Of a stretch of 64,000 nucleotides of DNA, positions 38,956 through 49,184 are shown piece by piece (positions within the stretch are counted from its first letter, which is position 1; the number at the start of each line of letters is the position of its first letter). Made by a program: the position numbers and the translations under genes. Origin of the DNA: Candidatus Bathyarchaeota archaeon (GTDB lineage Archaea > Thermoproteota > Bathyarchaeia > 40CM-2-53-6); NCBI GenBank assembly GCA_005881615.1, contig VBBR01000032.1, forward strand, positions 3,183 to 67,182. The letters run 5' to 3'. The notes under the pieces are model-generated. The model saw only the letters and a program-made list of their open reading frames with translations. It ran no database searches and was not told where the DNA came from.

Positions 38956-40275
38956 TTGCGGGGTCTAGAAATGCAGTACGTCGCCGCGGTAAAGGAAGTT
39001 CTGCAAGGAACCTTCGACTCAAAGCAAGTTCTCGTCCGTGGATGGCTGCAGAACAAGCGGACGGGCGGCGGAATAATCTTCCTCCTATTGCGCGATGGCT
39101 CAGGGGTTATCCAGTGTACCCTGCGAAAAGGGAAGGTCGACGAGAAGATTTTCGACGAGTTCCAGTCTGCTCGGATCGAGTCCAGTGTTGAGTTGAGAGG
39201 CGACGTTAGGCCTGATCCTCGAGCGCCTGGTGGGAGAGAGCTTCAAGTGGTTGAGGGGCGCGTCGTGCATCCTGCCCTTGAAGAGTTTCCGATTGCGAAG
39301 CAATTCCATGGTCCCGAGTTCCTCTTGGACAAGAGGCACCTGTTTGTCCGGAGCGACAAGATGCGCTCGACCCTCAGAGTTCGCGCGGTCGTTCTCTCGG
39401 CGGTGCGGGAATGGTTTGACAAGCACAGTTTCACAGAAGTTCACGTTCCAACCCTGACATCGGCCGCGGTCGAGGGCGGCGCGACCCTGTTCGAGGTGAA
39501 ATATTTTGATCAAAAAGCGTACTTGACGCAGAGTTGGCAGTTGTATGCTGAAGCGTTGATCGCTAGCATTGGCAACATCTACACTGTCGCTCCATCCTTC
39601 AGAGCCGAGAAATCTCGGACTAGGAGGCACTTGACAGAGTACTGGCACGTGGAGGCTGAGGCGCCTTGGTGTGACCTGAACTGTATAATCGGGGTGGAGG
39701 AGCAATTGTTGAGCCACATCGTAGCGACTTTGGTGGAAAAATGCAAGACCGAACTGGCACTGTTCGAGCGGAAACTGGAGGATTTGGAGAAGGTGAAGCC
39801 GCCGTTTGAGAGAGTCACATACGACCAGGCGTTCAAGATGATCGGAGAAGAAGAATCGGGAATAAAATGGGGCGACGATCTCGGGTACGAGCAGGAGAAA
39901 ATCCTGACTGCGAAATTTGATCGGCCTTTCTTCGTCACTCATTATCCCAAAAAAGCGAAGGCGTTCTATCACATGCCTGATCCGTCGAATCCAGAGGTGA
40001 CCTTGTCTGTGGACTGTTTGGCTCCTGAAGGTTACGGGGAAATTACAGGTGGAGGACAGAGGATTGAGGAATATGATGCGCTGCTGGCGAGGATTCGCGA
40101 AGAGGGATTAGACCCGAAAAGCTACGAATGGTATTTGGATCTGAGAAAGTTCGGCAGCGTCACCCATTCAGGCTTTGGACTTGGACTTGAACGGGTTGTT
40201 TCTTGGGTCTGCAATCTCGACCACATACGAGACGCAATAGCGTTTCCTCGGCTTATCAACCGAATCTACCCATAA
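38956..40275 (+). CDS. asnS: Asparaginyl-tRNA synthetase
   Basis: OB-fold (VRGW, LRDGSG), AYLTQSWQLY, FRAEKSRTRRHLTEY, GEITGGGQR, HSGFGLGLER. Confidence 0.93.
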   Translation: MRGLEMQYVAAVKEVLQGTFDSKQVLVRGWLQNKRTGGGIIFLLLRDGSGVIQCTLRKGKVDEKIFDEFQSARIESSVELRGDVRPDPRAPGGRELQVVEGRVVHPALEEFPIAKQFHGPEFLLDKRHLFVRSDKMRSTLRVRAVVLSAVREWFDKHSFTEVHVPTLTSAAVEGGATLFEVKYFDQKAYLTQSWQLYAEALIASIGNIYTVAPSFRAEKSRTRRHLTEYWHVEAEAPWCDLNCIIGVEEQLLSHIVATLVEKCKTELALFERKLEDLEKVKPPFERVTYDQAFKMIGEEESGIKWGDDLGYEQEKILTAKFDRPFFVTHYPKKAKAFYHMPDPSNPEVTLSVDCLAPEGYGEITGGGQRIEEYDALLARIREEGLDPKSYEWYLDLRKFGSVTHSGFGLGLERVVSWVCNLDHIRDAIAFPRLINRIYP

Positions 40276-40415
40276 AGCCAAGAGCGTCTCGCCCGAGTCA
40301 CGTGTCTCACCACAGTCTCCGACCTGTACAAGGGCTCAAATCGTCCCTAGATGAAGGTCCGCCGAAATGCTATCCTGTCATGACTTGATCACTTTCGAAG
40401 GGGTCTGAGGGAACC

Positions 40416-40475
40416 CTCGTGCCGCGCAATCAGACGGCATCCCCGAATCGCGATCAAGGCTGATTATGGGCGATT
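40416..40475 (-). repeat. 60-bp dispersed repeat, copy 2 (inverted; supplies the stop codon of the dehydrogenase)
   Basis: Reverse complement matches 35633-35692 with one mismatch. Confidence 0.9.
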
Positions 40476-41456
40476 CTTGGATCCAGCGTTGTCGAGGAGC
40501 TGCGGTTTTGCTATTCGGGCAGCGGTTTTCTGTGCTTCGGAGACTATCTTCTGCGCAAGCTCCACGCTCTCTCGGCGCTGTGCTTGAAGGGTTTGGGCAC
40601 CTATATGGCAGGTTGCCACAGTGACCCCGTTTGGGAACAATACTATGGCCTTTTCCCATTCGTCGACTGGAGGTTCAAGGTGGAAGACATCTAGCCCAGC
40701 ACCGGCTAGCTGGCCTTGCCGAAGCAGTTCCAGGAGGCTGGGACCATCAACAATGTCCCCTCTCGAAGTGTTGATCAAGTAGGAACCTCTCCTCATCATC
40801 GCTAGCCGTTTACCGTCTAGAAGATGGTGAGTCTGAGGAGTGTACGGAACATGGATCGTAACAATCTCGGATTTTTGCAGGAGTTCTTCGATGGATTCGG
40901 TGAAGTCGTAGCTGAGTCCAGGAACCCCGCGGGGCTTGATCACATCGTAACCAAGGACCTCCGCCTGGAAGCCCACTGAAAGAATCCTTGACACCTCATT
41001 TCCTATCCGGCCCGCGCGTCCGATGACCCCGACTTTTTTTCCCTGCAGCTCTTCTCCCATCAGCTGGTTCTTGATCCAGCGACCGGCCTTCATCTCGCGA
41101 TCTGCTAGGGGAATCCTTCGCAGCAACGACAAGATCAGACCAACTGTTAGCTCTGCAACGCTGGTCGAAGGTGCGGCTGGAGTGTTCCAGACCTGTATTC
41201 CTGCGGCCTTCGCTGCCTCGACATCTATGTTGTCGAGTCCTACTCCAGCTCTTCCGATGATCTTGAGATTTCTCGCTGCCTCGATCGTATTGGCATTGAG
41301 CTTCGTTCGGCCGCGAACAATTGCGATCTCGTAATTCGGGATAACTTCTGCCAGTCTTGCCTTGTCGATGCTCGCCTGATCGTCAACCTGGAAGCCTCCT
41401 GCTCGGAGAATCGCCAATCCATCAGAGTGAATAGGATCGCAAACGAGAACTCGCAA
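40464..41456 (-). CDS. D-isomer-specific 2-hydroxyacid dehydrogenase (SerA-like catalytic domain)
   Basis: RAGVGLDNID, SVAEL, HVPYT, LINTSRG, LDVF, HIGAQT. Confidence 0.92.
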   Translation of the reverse strand: MRVLVCDPIHSDGLAILRAGGFQVDDQASIDKARLAEVIPNYEIAIVRGRTKLNANTIEAARNLKIIGRAGVGLDNIDVEAAKAAGIQVWNTPAAPSTSVAELTVGLILSLLRRIPLADREMKAGRWIKNQLMGEELQGKKVGVIGRAGRIGNEVSRILSVGFQAEVLGYDVIKPRGVPGLSYDFTESIEELLQKSEIVTIHVPYTPQTHHLLDGKRLAMMRRGSYLINTSRGDIVDGPSLLELLRQGQLAGAGLDVFHLEPPVDEWEKAIVLFPNGVTVATCHIGAQTLQAQRRESVELAQKIVSEAQKTAARIAKPQLLDNAGSKNRP

Positions 41457-41460
41457 TTCC

Positions 41461-42861
41461 CTAGTTCTCCACCGTCGTAACTGGACGGGACTTTGCTTGA
41501 GAAGCTTGAAGCTTCCGCAACAATGCCTGGGCCGCGATCGTCACTGGATCCCAGACTGGAGCTAGTGGCGGGGAGTAGCAAGTCTCTACCTGCTCGAATT
41601 CCTCTACGGTCAGTCCTAAGTGTCCGGCCATTGATGCGAAGTTGGCTCTCAAGGTGCCTCCCTCCTCACCTACAAGCTGAGCCCCTAACAACCGGCCATC
41701 CTTCAGGTCTGCCAGAAGCTTGACAGTAAGATCTTTGCCTCCAGGGTAGTATGGAAGCCGAGTAGACCCGGTCACCCTAACAGATATTGAGTGTATTCCC
41801 AATTTTTCCAAAAGTGCTGTCGTGGGTCCGAAGGAAGCTATCTCTAGGCCAAACAATTTGACAGTCGTCACGCCCGTCGAGCCGGGATACTTTGCACTGC
41901 CTCCCGCCGCATTGATCCCAGCGACCAAAGCTTGTCTGACCGCTGTCGTGGAAAGCTGAAAGAAGACATGTCGACGGGTTATTAGATCGTAGGTTTCTAT
42001 GCAGTCGCCCGCGGCATATACGTTCGGTGCAGAGGTCGCCATTCGCTCGTCTGTTTTGATTCCTCCTGATTCTCCGAGAATAATTCTGGCTTGTTTGGCC
42101 AACTCGGTGTTTGGCTTCACTCTGACTGCTACGATAACAGCATCGACTGGATGCTCTTTTCCGGGTAGGCGAACTCCAGAGACCCGACCGTTCCGGCCTA
42201 TTATTGCCTCTAGGGTCGATTGAAGATGGTACTCAACGCCATGTTCCTCAGCGCGTGTTCTGACGATCGAAGCCATGTCGGGGTCGAGTATTGCAGGGAG
42301 AATTTCTGGGACAATTTCTGCCTCGAGAACAGCTATGCCCTGGTGAAGCAGTGCTTCGGCCATTTCAGAACCTGTAAGTCCTGCTCCCACGATTGCTACT
42401 CGTTTAGCGTTGTTTTCAGCGAGATGATTTGTCAGTCTCTCAATGTCACTCAACGTCCGGACGGTGAATACTCCCTTGAGGTTGGATCCGGGGACTGATA
42501 CTGTGCTGGGCCGCGCCCCCGTCGTGACAATTAGCGTATCATACTCGATAGTCTCGGTTGAGTCGTCATTAGTCCTGATGGCTTCTAGGCTTCGCTTCTC
42601 CGTGTTGATGCTTGTGGCTTTCCAGCCGAGGCGGAGGTCTATCCGGTTCATCTGCTCATAGAAGGCTTCGTCATGTCCTATCAATGCTTCAAGGTTTGGC
42701 ACGACATGGCTGAAGGCATAGGGGAGGCCGCACCTGGAGTATTCGGGCAATTCCTCATCGCCTAGAAGAACGATCTGTGCAGTTCTGTCTGTTTTTCGTG
42801 CGTGAAACGCGGCAGTTGTACCAGAGACTCCGCAACCGATGATCACAATACGCCGGGGCAT
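41461..42861 (-). CDS. NADH oxidase / CoA-disulfide reductase family flavoprotein
   Basis: IIGCGVSG, YSRCGLPY single redox Cys, VGAGLTG, YAAGDC, CYSPP. Confidence 0.92.
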   Translation of the reverse strand: MPRRIVIIGCGVSGTTAAFHARKTDRTAQIVLLGDEELPEYSRCGLPYAFSHVVPNLEALIGHDEAFYEQMNRIDLRLGWKATSINTEKRSLEAIRTNDDSTETIEYDTLIVTTGARPSTVSVPGSNLKGVFTVRTLSDIERLTNHLAENNAKRVAIVGAGLTGSEMAEALLHQGIAVLEAEIVPEILPAILDPDMASIVRTRAEEHGVEYHLQSTLEAIIGRNGRVSGVRLPGKEHPVDAVIVAVRVKPNTELAKQARIILGESGGIKTDERMATSAPNVYAAGDCIETYDLITRRHVFFQLSTTAVRQALVAGINAAGGSAKYPGSTGVTTVKLFGLEIASFGPTTALLEKLGIHSISVRVTGSTRLPYYPGGKDLTVKLLADLKDGRLLGAQLVGEEGGTLRANFASMAGHLGLTVEEFEQVETCYSPPLAPVWDPVTIAAQALLRKLQASQAKSRPVTTVEN

Positions 42862-42975
42862 GGCGCTTCATGATTTCCTTCGTCCGATAACGGTTTCCTT
42901 AGCGCGGGGGAAGCCGGTTTGTGGGCAAGGGTTAGTTTAAAGTGGGGAAGAACGGATTTTGAGCTTAGAGAATCT

Positions 42976-43764
42976 ATGAAAGCTAACATGAGCAATTTTC
43001 TGAGAGACGGAAAAGGGATGCTGCTCGCATATGATCAGGGTTTCGAACACGGACCCTCGGCGGACTTTAACGATAAGAACATCGATCCAAACTACATCCT
43101 CGACATCGCTGCAAAGGGAGATTTTACTGGACTAGTTCTCCACAAGGGCATTGCCGAAAAATACTATACAGGAAAAATCCCGCTCATCGTAAAGCTCAAT
43201 GGAAAGACCAGTCTGTCCAAGGGCGAACCTGTCTCGACCCAAGTTTGTAGCGTGGAAGAGGCGGTCAGCTTGGGAGCGAAGGGCGTGGGATACACCATCT
43301 ATCTGGGGAGCGCTCATGAGAGCCTGATGCTACAAGAGTTTGGCGAGATTCAGGAGGAAGCCCACGACGACGGGATTCCGGCTATCGCCTGGATCTATCC
43401 GAGGGGTGAGTCTGTGAAAAACGATACCAGCCCGGAAATAGTGTCGTACGCTGCGCGGGCCGGCCTTGAGGTCGGTGCTGATGCTGTCAAGATCAAGTAC
43501 TCTGGGTCGCCTGAGACGTTCAGCTGGGCGGTTAAGGCGGCTGGGTTGATCAAAGTATTCATGTCGGGTGGACCTAAAGCTCCAACCGACGAGACATTCC
43601 TCAGCCAGGTTAAAGGAGCGATGGACGGCGGGGCCGCCGGTCTAGCGGTCGGGCGAAACGTCTGGCAGCACCAAGAACCGCTCAAGATGGCGTCGGCTCT
43701 GAAAGAGATCATCTTTAACGGTCGCGAAGTCGATAAGGCCTTACAGCTTGTAGTAGCGCAGTAG
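42976..43764 (+). CDS. fba: Class I fructose-bisphosphate aldolase (DhnA type)
   Basis: LAYDQGFEHGP, VKLNGKT, WIYPRG, GADAVKIKY, SGG, AVGRN. Confidence 0.92.
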   Translation: MKANMSNFLRDGKGMLLAYDQGFEHGPSADFNDKNIDPNYILDIAAKGDFTGLVLHKGIAEKYYTGKIPLIVKLNGKTSLSKGEPVSTQVCSVEEAVSLGAKGVGYTIYLGSAHESLMLQEFGEIQEEAHDDGIPAIAWIYPRGESVKNDTSPEIVSYAARAGLEVGADAVKIKYSGSPETFSWAVKAAGLIKVFMSGGPKAPTDETFLSQVKGAMDGGAAGLAVGRNVWQHQEPLKMASALKEIIFNGREVDKALQLVVAQ

Positions 43765-43776
43765 AGTAGGTTCTCG

Positions 43777-44697
43777 ATGGCGGCACGGAAACTCCGCGAG
43801 CTTCTTGAAACCGAGGACCGGAGTCTTGGCAAGCTTGTAGAGCTTCTTGCTGAACTCTCCCTTAGGATCGTGCGGGAGATTCCTCGAACCCTGGGAATGA
43901 CCGAGGGGGTGAATATTTACGGGGATAGACAGACAGAGCTTGATGTCTGGTCTAATGGGCTTCTGACCAAGAGGTTGCTTAGAAGCGGGCTGGTTCGACA
44001 GGTGGCCTCCGAAGAGATGGAGACGGTAATGAACGCCGATCATGGCGAGTATACTGTTGCGCTAGACCCGCTAGACGGCTCCTCGAACATCAAGACGAAC
44101 AATCTCATGGGCACAATTATTGGAATCTATCATGACGAGTCTCTTCCAGCAACCGGCCGCGACCTATTGTCTGCCCTCTATTTCCTCTACGGACCCTACG
44201 TTGAAGCGGTCGTAGGAACAAAGACCGGTGTATATCTCGCCGCCCCAGCAGGGAGGGGAATTGGGGCATCCAAATTCATCTCAACTGGAGAGCCGCACCG
44301 TCTGCCCCAGAAAGGCTCGATCTACGGGATCGGGGGATCGCGGGACAATTGGACACCAAGGGTTCGTGAATTCGCTGACAAGCTTGAGAAGAGGAAACTC
44401 AAGTTCCGATATGGTGGCTCTTTCGTGGGTGATTATAATCAAGTGCTTTGTAGCGGCGGGTTCTTCGCCTATCCCGATTTACTCGACGCCCCTGATGGAA
44501 AATATCGATTACAGTTCGAGTCGAATCCGATGGGGTACATCACCGAGAAGGCCGGTGGAAAGGCCAGCACTGGAAAAGGGAGAATACTAGATGTTGAACC
44601 TGTCAGTATATCCCAACGTGTTCCTACTTATTTGGGCAACAAGGAGTTGGTTTCTGAGTTTGAAGAGCGCTCCGGCATGAGTGCTGGTTTTTCCTAG
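43777..44697 (+). CDS. fbp: Class I fructose-1,6-bisphosphatase
   Basis: ASEE, DPLDGSSNI, RYGGSFVGD, RLQFE. Confidence 0.93.
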   Translation: MAARKLRELLETEDRSLGKLVELLAELSLRIVREIPRTLGMTEGVNIYGDRQTELDVWSNGLLTKRLLRSGLVRQVASEEMETVMNADHGEYTVALDPLDGSSNIKTNNLMGTIIGIYHDESLPATGRDLLSALYFLYGPYVEAVVGTKTGVYLAAPAGRGIGASKFISTGEPHRLPQKGSIYGIGGSRDNWTPRVREFADKLEKRKLKFRYGGSFVGDYNQVLCSGGFFAYPDLLDAPDGKYRLQFESNPMGYITEKAGGKASTGKGRILDVEPVSISQRVPTYLGNKELVSEFEERSGMSAGFS

Positions 44698-44709
44698 GAA
44701 AGCCAGGGG

Positions 44710-45408
44710 ATGAATCGAATAAAACGAATCCGAACCCCGCTGATACTTGTGAACTTCAAAACCTACATTGAGGCGACCGGAAAGAGGGGTGTTGAGCTAG
44801 CGAAAATCGCTGATCAGGTTTCGAGAGATAGCGGAGTGACCATTGCAGTTGCGCCACAGTTCACTGACTTGAAGACCGTAACTGAGGCTGTCGAGATACC
44901 TGTTTTCAGCCAACACATAGATCCTATCAAGCCTGGTGCCTATACGGGTCATGTCTTGGCCGAGGCGGTCAAGGCCGCAGGCGCATCGGCAACGCTTCTG
45001 AATCACTCTGAGAGGCGAATCAGGATATCAGACATTGAGGAGGTTCTCTCCTTTGCAAGAGTCTCTGACCTTGCCACTCTGGTATGCACTGACACCCCCG
45101 GTGTAAGCGCAGCGGTTGCTTCACTCAACCCCGACATTATCGCTATTGAACCTCCAGACCTCATAGGAACTGGGGTTGCTGTTTCGAAAGCTCGGCCGGA
45201 GCTAATCACGAATGCGATTAAACGGATTAGGTCAATCAATAACTCCGTCGACATTCTGTGTGGTGCAGGGGTAAGCACGGCAGTGGATGTCGGCAAAGCA
45301 CTTGAGCTTGGAACCCGTGGTGTGCTCGTCTCAAGTAGTGTCGTAAAAGGAACGAATCCGGGCCAGCTATTGGAGAACATGACCGACGAAGTCCTCAGGT
45401 CCAAGTAA
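44710..45408 (+). CDS. tpiA: Triosephosphate isomerase (archaeal type)
   Basis: VNFKTY, NHSE, AIEPPDLIGTG, LCGAGV. Confidence 0.96.
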   Translation: MNRIKRIRTPLILVNFKTYIEATGKRGVELAKIADQVSRDSGVTIAVAPQFTDLKTVTEAVEIPVFSQHIDPIKPGAYTGHVLAEAVKAAGASATLLNHSERRIRISDIEEVLSFARVSDLATLVCTDTPGVSAAVASLNPDIIAIEPPDLIGTGVAVSKARPELITNAIKRIRSINNSVDILCGAGVSTAVDVGKALELGTRGVLVSSSVVKGTNPGQLLENMTDEVLRSK

Positions 45409-45445
45409 GGGTTCTTCATGGTTAGTGGCTAAATAGAAGCGAAGA

Positions 45446-45955
45446 ATGAGGAGGTTCGGTTGTGGAGCCATGGCGTCGCCTAGAGGAACCGTGGGCCTTC
45501 GAATCTTAGCATACGGGTCAGCCCTCTCAACCTACGTGTTAATAGTCATTGGCGGCTATGTTGTCTTCAGTGGCTCTGGGGTTGCATGCGGCAGTTCGGG
45601 CCCAGATTCATGGCCATTATGCAATGGGCAGGCGCTCCCGACACTCTCAGGACCCGTTCTCGTGGAATGGACACATCGGCTTTTCACACTAGTCGTTGGA
45701 CTTTTCGTGCTCGGGACCACGGTAATTGCATGGTCACGACATAGACAGGAAAAGAGAATTCTCCAGCTCTCAACCATCAGCTCACTTGTTCTCCTCGGCC
45801 AAATCTTGCTGGGTATGGCGACCGTCAAGACGGGTCTTGACCCTCTAGTAAGCACAGCTCACCTGGCCGTTGCTTCCGCACTATTAGCAGTAGTAATGCT
45901 AAACGCGATTACGGTAAGACGATTCACCACCTCATCGGATTTGGTTCTGAGGTAG
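45446..45955 (+). CDS. ctaA: Heme A synthase (short COX15/CtaA)
   Basis: C...WPLCNG, EWTHR, QILLG, TAHL. Confidence 0.85.
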   Translation: MRRFGCGAMASPRGTVGLRILAYGSALSTYVLIVIGGYVVFSGSGVACGSSGPDSWPLCNGQALPTLSGPVLVEWTHRLFTLVVGLFVLGTTVIAWSRHRQEKRILQLSTISSLVLLGQILLGMATVKTGLDPLVSTAHLAVASALLAVVMLNAITVRRFTTSSDLVLR

Positions 45956-46005
45956 TCCCGGTTTGCTTTCGTTATAGTCAGTGCATAACGCTTTAAAAAT
46001 GAAGG

Positions 46006-46743
46006 ATGGGCACGAGGAAAAAGCAAGAGACCCAGAAGATGGCGTTCTCCAACACGGAAGTTGTCTTCAACAATCTGTTCAGCCTCTTCACGTATCTAGC
46101 GGTTCTTGTTGGAGTTATCGTCTTCGCTCTGATGGCATTTCTAATCATCAAATACAGAGAAAGGAAAAACTCTCAGGACCCAGAGGATACCCCGAGACTC
46201 GGACGCATCCCGATAGTTAGAGGTCACGGTAGGAACGTCCTAATCACCGTTTCTCTATCAACAATCATCCTGCTTGCACTGATCATTGGGTCCTTCGCCG
46301 CCGTAGATACCTTGTTGACCCCGCCGAACGGAACTTGGTGCTATGGACTTTATCCCGGATATGGCGCACAATCCCCGCTCAACCAAGACTGCCCCCGAAT
46401 CGATGTCACCGGGCATCAATTCTATTGGGAGTTCTCGTACCCTCACGCGCTCCCTCATGCACCTCTCTACACTGAGAAGTATGTCTTTCGAGTACCGAAA
46501 GATGCAACCGTAGTCATAGATGTGACAAGTGCTGACGTCTTCCACGATTTTGGCATTATCCCATTCAAGATCAAGACGGACGCGATACCAGGACGTGTGA
46601 ATACAATTTGGTTTCAACCTTACCAGAATGGCACATATCTAATCCAGTGCTTCGAGCTGTGCGGATCTGGACACTACTACATGAATGCCACACTGATCGT
46701 AATGCAAGTTCCCCAGTTCCAAGCATGGTACAATTCGACTTAG
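46006..46743 (+). CDS. coxB: Heme-copper oxidase subunit II (CuA)
   Basis: Two TM helices, GHQFYWEFSY, DVFH, CFELCGSGHYYM CuA motif. Confidence 0.95.
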   Translation: MGTRKKQETQKMAFSNTEVVFNNLFSLFTYLAVLVGVIVFALMAFLIIKYRERKNSQDPEDTPRLGRIPIVRGHGRNVLITVSLSTIILLALIIGSFAAVDTLLTPPNGTWCYGLYPGYGAQSPLNQDCPRIDVTGHQFYWEFSYPHALPHAPLYTEKYVFRVPKDATVVIDVTSADVFHDFGIIPFKIKTDAIPGRVNTIWFQPYQNGTYLIQCFELCGSGHYYMNATLIVMQVPQFQAWYNST

Positions 46744-46752
46744 AGGGTTTCA

Positions 46753-49176
46753 ATGAGCCCGGAACAATTGCCAGCCCGAATTCGCAGATGGCTGTATACT
46801 ACTAACCATAAGGAAATTGGTATCCTATACCTAATCACTTCACTATTCTTTTTCGTCGCAGCAGGTGTATTGGCCCTCACCATGAGGAGTCAACTGTCGG
46901 TCCCGGACAATCATCTTTTGAGCGCGGATCTCTTCAACCAGTTTGTAACCGTTCATGGGCTCCTGATGGTCTTCTGGGTCCTTTCACCCTTCGCCTTTGG
47001 TTTTGCCAACTACATCATTCCTTTGCAAATCGGTGCGAGAGACCTCGCGTTTCCAAGGTTGAACGCGATGAGCTACTGGTTCTACTTGGTCAGTGGTGCA
47101 GCGATGATGATGAGCTTCTTTTTCGGCGGAGCCCCGGACCTCGGCTGGACCCTCTATTCTCCTCAGACTTCGTTCAAGTTCACCCCTACAATCGGATTGA
47201 ACCTTGGGGCCGCAGGGCTCATTCTCATCGTCGTCTCGATAACGATGAGCTCCGTGAACTTTCTAGTGACGATGTTCAAAATGCGAGCACCAGGAATGAA
47301 ACTGAAACACATGCCAGTCTTTCCCTGGGCCATCCTCATCACCATTTTCATGATGCTGTACGCCTTCCCCTCGTTCCTTGCAGCGCTCCTTTTGCTGTAT
47401 GTCGATAGAGCGTTTGGAACGTTCTATTTCTCCTCGATTCAAGGTGGAGCTCTCCTGTGGGACAATGTTTTCTGGTTCTTCGGCCATCCAGAAGTGTACA
47501 TCGTCCTGTTTCCTGCGATAGGTGTAATCGCAGACGCCATTTCCACCTTTACAAGACGACCACTATACGGAAGCAAGTACATCATCGGCTCGATGATAGC
47601 CGCTGCCATAATCAGTTTCATCGTCTGGGGTCATCACATGTTCGTGACCGGAATCGGGCTAACTTCCACAAAACTATACACTGTTACGACAATCGCCGTC
47701 TCACTACCCTTCGACGTAATGGTCATTGCGATGATAGAAACACTAGTAAAGGCTCGAGTAAGACTCAAAGCAGCTGCTCTCTTCACATTGGGAGCCGTTG
47801 CGTTATTTGTTATCGGCGGCATAACAGGCGTGTACCTGGCATCGGTCGCTCTCGATCACGCCCTTAGAGGCACGTATTTCGTCGTCGCTCACTTCCACTA
47901 CATCATGGTTGGTGCAAGCATCATGGGACTCATCGGAGGCTTGTACTATTGGTTTCCGAAAATGACTGGTAGAATGTATAACGAGGGCCTCGCGAAAATT
48001 CACTTCATCTTCTCCTTCATCGGTTTCAACATTCTCTACTTCCCGATGTTCCTCCTCTTAGACATGCCAAGGAGAATTGCTACCTACGCGCCAAGCACCG
48101 GGTGGGCCGCTTTGAATTTGATGTCGACGGTTGGGGGTTTCATCTTCGGATTAGCCCAGATACTTCTATTCGTCAACTTGTTCGCTAGCCTGCGAAGAGG
48201 CTCAATTTCTGGCCCCAACCCTTGGGAGGCTTGGACCCTAGAATGGTCCCTTCCTTCACCGCCACCGGCTCACGACTTCGACACGATCCCCGCTATTGCG
48301 GAAGATGGAACGTATCATTTTGGGAACAGTTCTGGCTATCCCAACGGATCCGGCTATCCGAATGGTTCGAAGATGGGAAATGGCACCGTCCATTCGCATC
48401 TCGAAGGACAAAGCCCTTGGCCCGTTGTTGTAGCGTTCGCGGCCTTCATCTTCTTCCTCGGAATTACAATTGGGCAACCAAGCAACCCAAGTGTACCAGT
48501 CACATTCCAGCCTTTCTGGCCCTTGGTTCTAGATGGGGCGATCTTGGGAGTGATAGCGCTGTATGGCTATAGTCGGGAGAGGTTCTCCGTACACGAAGAG
48601 ACCAATGTTGAGAGCTGGCCCTTCCGAGAGGTTCCAAACGTAAAACTCGGAATCTGGACGTTTCTGGGTGCAGAGGTTATCTTCTTCGGGGTCCTCATTG
48701 GCGCGTACTTCTTTGTCAGAACAAACTCCGCCACCTGGCCAGCAGTCGGCTCATTGTTTGAGGTTCGAAGCGGTTTTGCTATGACACTTGTCCTGCTTAC
48801 AAGCAGTCTTACCGCGATCATGGCCCTCGTCTCGGCAAAAGTTGGATCCCGTAACGGCTTGATGGCAAGTTTATTCGCTACTTTTGGATTGGGAGTTGCG
48901 TTTCTCTACATCAAGGCAACAGAGTGGATCTCTCTTGGAGCAAATGGGGTTTTTTCAGTCGCAAACGGTCTTCCGGCAACCAGCTATTTCATCACAACTG
49001 GGGTACACGGAGTGCACGTTTTCGCCGGCATGCTGATGACGCTGTATTTGCTAGTCAACGCCCTAAAGGGCCGCTATCTCAAGGGAGACTATCATGCTAT
49101 CGAGCATTTTGGTCTCTATTGGCACTTCGTCGATATCGTCTGGGTGTTCCTCTTCCCCTTGTTCTATCTCATCTAG
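46753..49176 (+). CDS. coxA: Heme-copper oxidase subunit I fused to subunit III (A1 family)
   Basis: TNHKEIG, TVHG, GHPEVY, WGHHMF, AHFHY; C-terminal subunit III TGVHGVHV...YWHFVD. Confidence 0.95.
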   Translation: MSPEQLPARIRRWLYTTNHKEIGILYLITSLFFFVAAGVLALTMRSQLSVPDNHLLSADLFNQFVTVHGLLMVFWVLSPFAFGFANYIIPLQIGARDLAFPRLNAMSYWFYLVSGAAMMMSFFFGGAPDLGWTLYSPQTSFKFTPTIGLNLGAAGLILIVVSITMSSVNFLVTMFKMRAPGMKLKHMPVFPWAILITIFMMLYAFPSFLAALLLLYVDRAFGTFYFSSIQGGALLWDNVFWFFGHPEVYIVLFPAIGVIADAISTFTRRPLYGSKYIIGSMIAAAIISFIVWGHHMFVTGIGLTSTKLYTVTTIAVSLPFDVMVIAMIETLVKARVRLKAAALFTLGAVALFVIGGITGVYLASVALDHALRGTYFVVAHFHYIMVGASIMGLIGGLYYWFPKMTGRMYNEGLAKIHFIFSFIGFNILYFPMFLLLDMPRRIATYAPSTGWAALNLMSTVGGFIFGLAQILLFVNLFASLRRGSISGPNPWEAWTLEWSLPSPPPAHDFDTIPAIAEDGTYHFGNSSGYPNGSGYPNGSKMGNGTVHSHLEGQSPWPVVVAFAAFIFFLGITIGQPSNPSVPVTFQPFWPLVLDGAILGVIALYGYSRERFSVHEETNVESWPFREVPNVKLGIWTFLGAEVIFFGVLIGAYFFVRTNSATWPAVGSLFEVRSGFAMTLVLLTSSLTAIMALVSAKVGSRNGLMASLFATFGLGVAFLYIKATEWISLGANGVFSVANGLPATSYFITTGVHGVHVFAGMLMTLYLLVNALKGRYLKGDYHAIEHFGLYWHFVDIVWVFLFPLFYLI

Positions 49177-49184
49177 GTGATCCA

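Noticed and set aside
39100-39972. 290-aa antisense ORF
   Set aside because: Shadow of asnS on the opposite strand.
48924-49184. N-terminal extension of the subunit IV ORF
   Set aside because: It overlaps coxA in another frame; the real start is ATG 49185.
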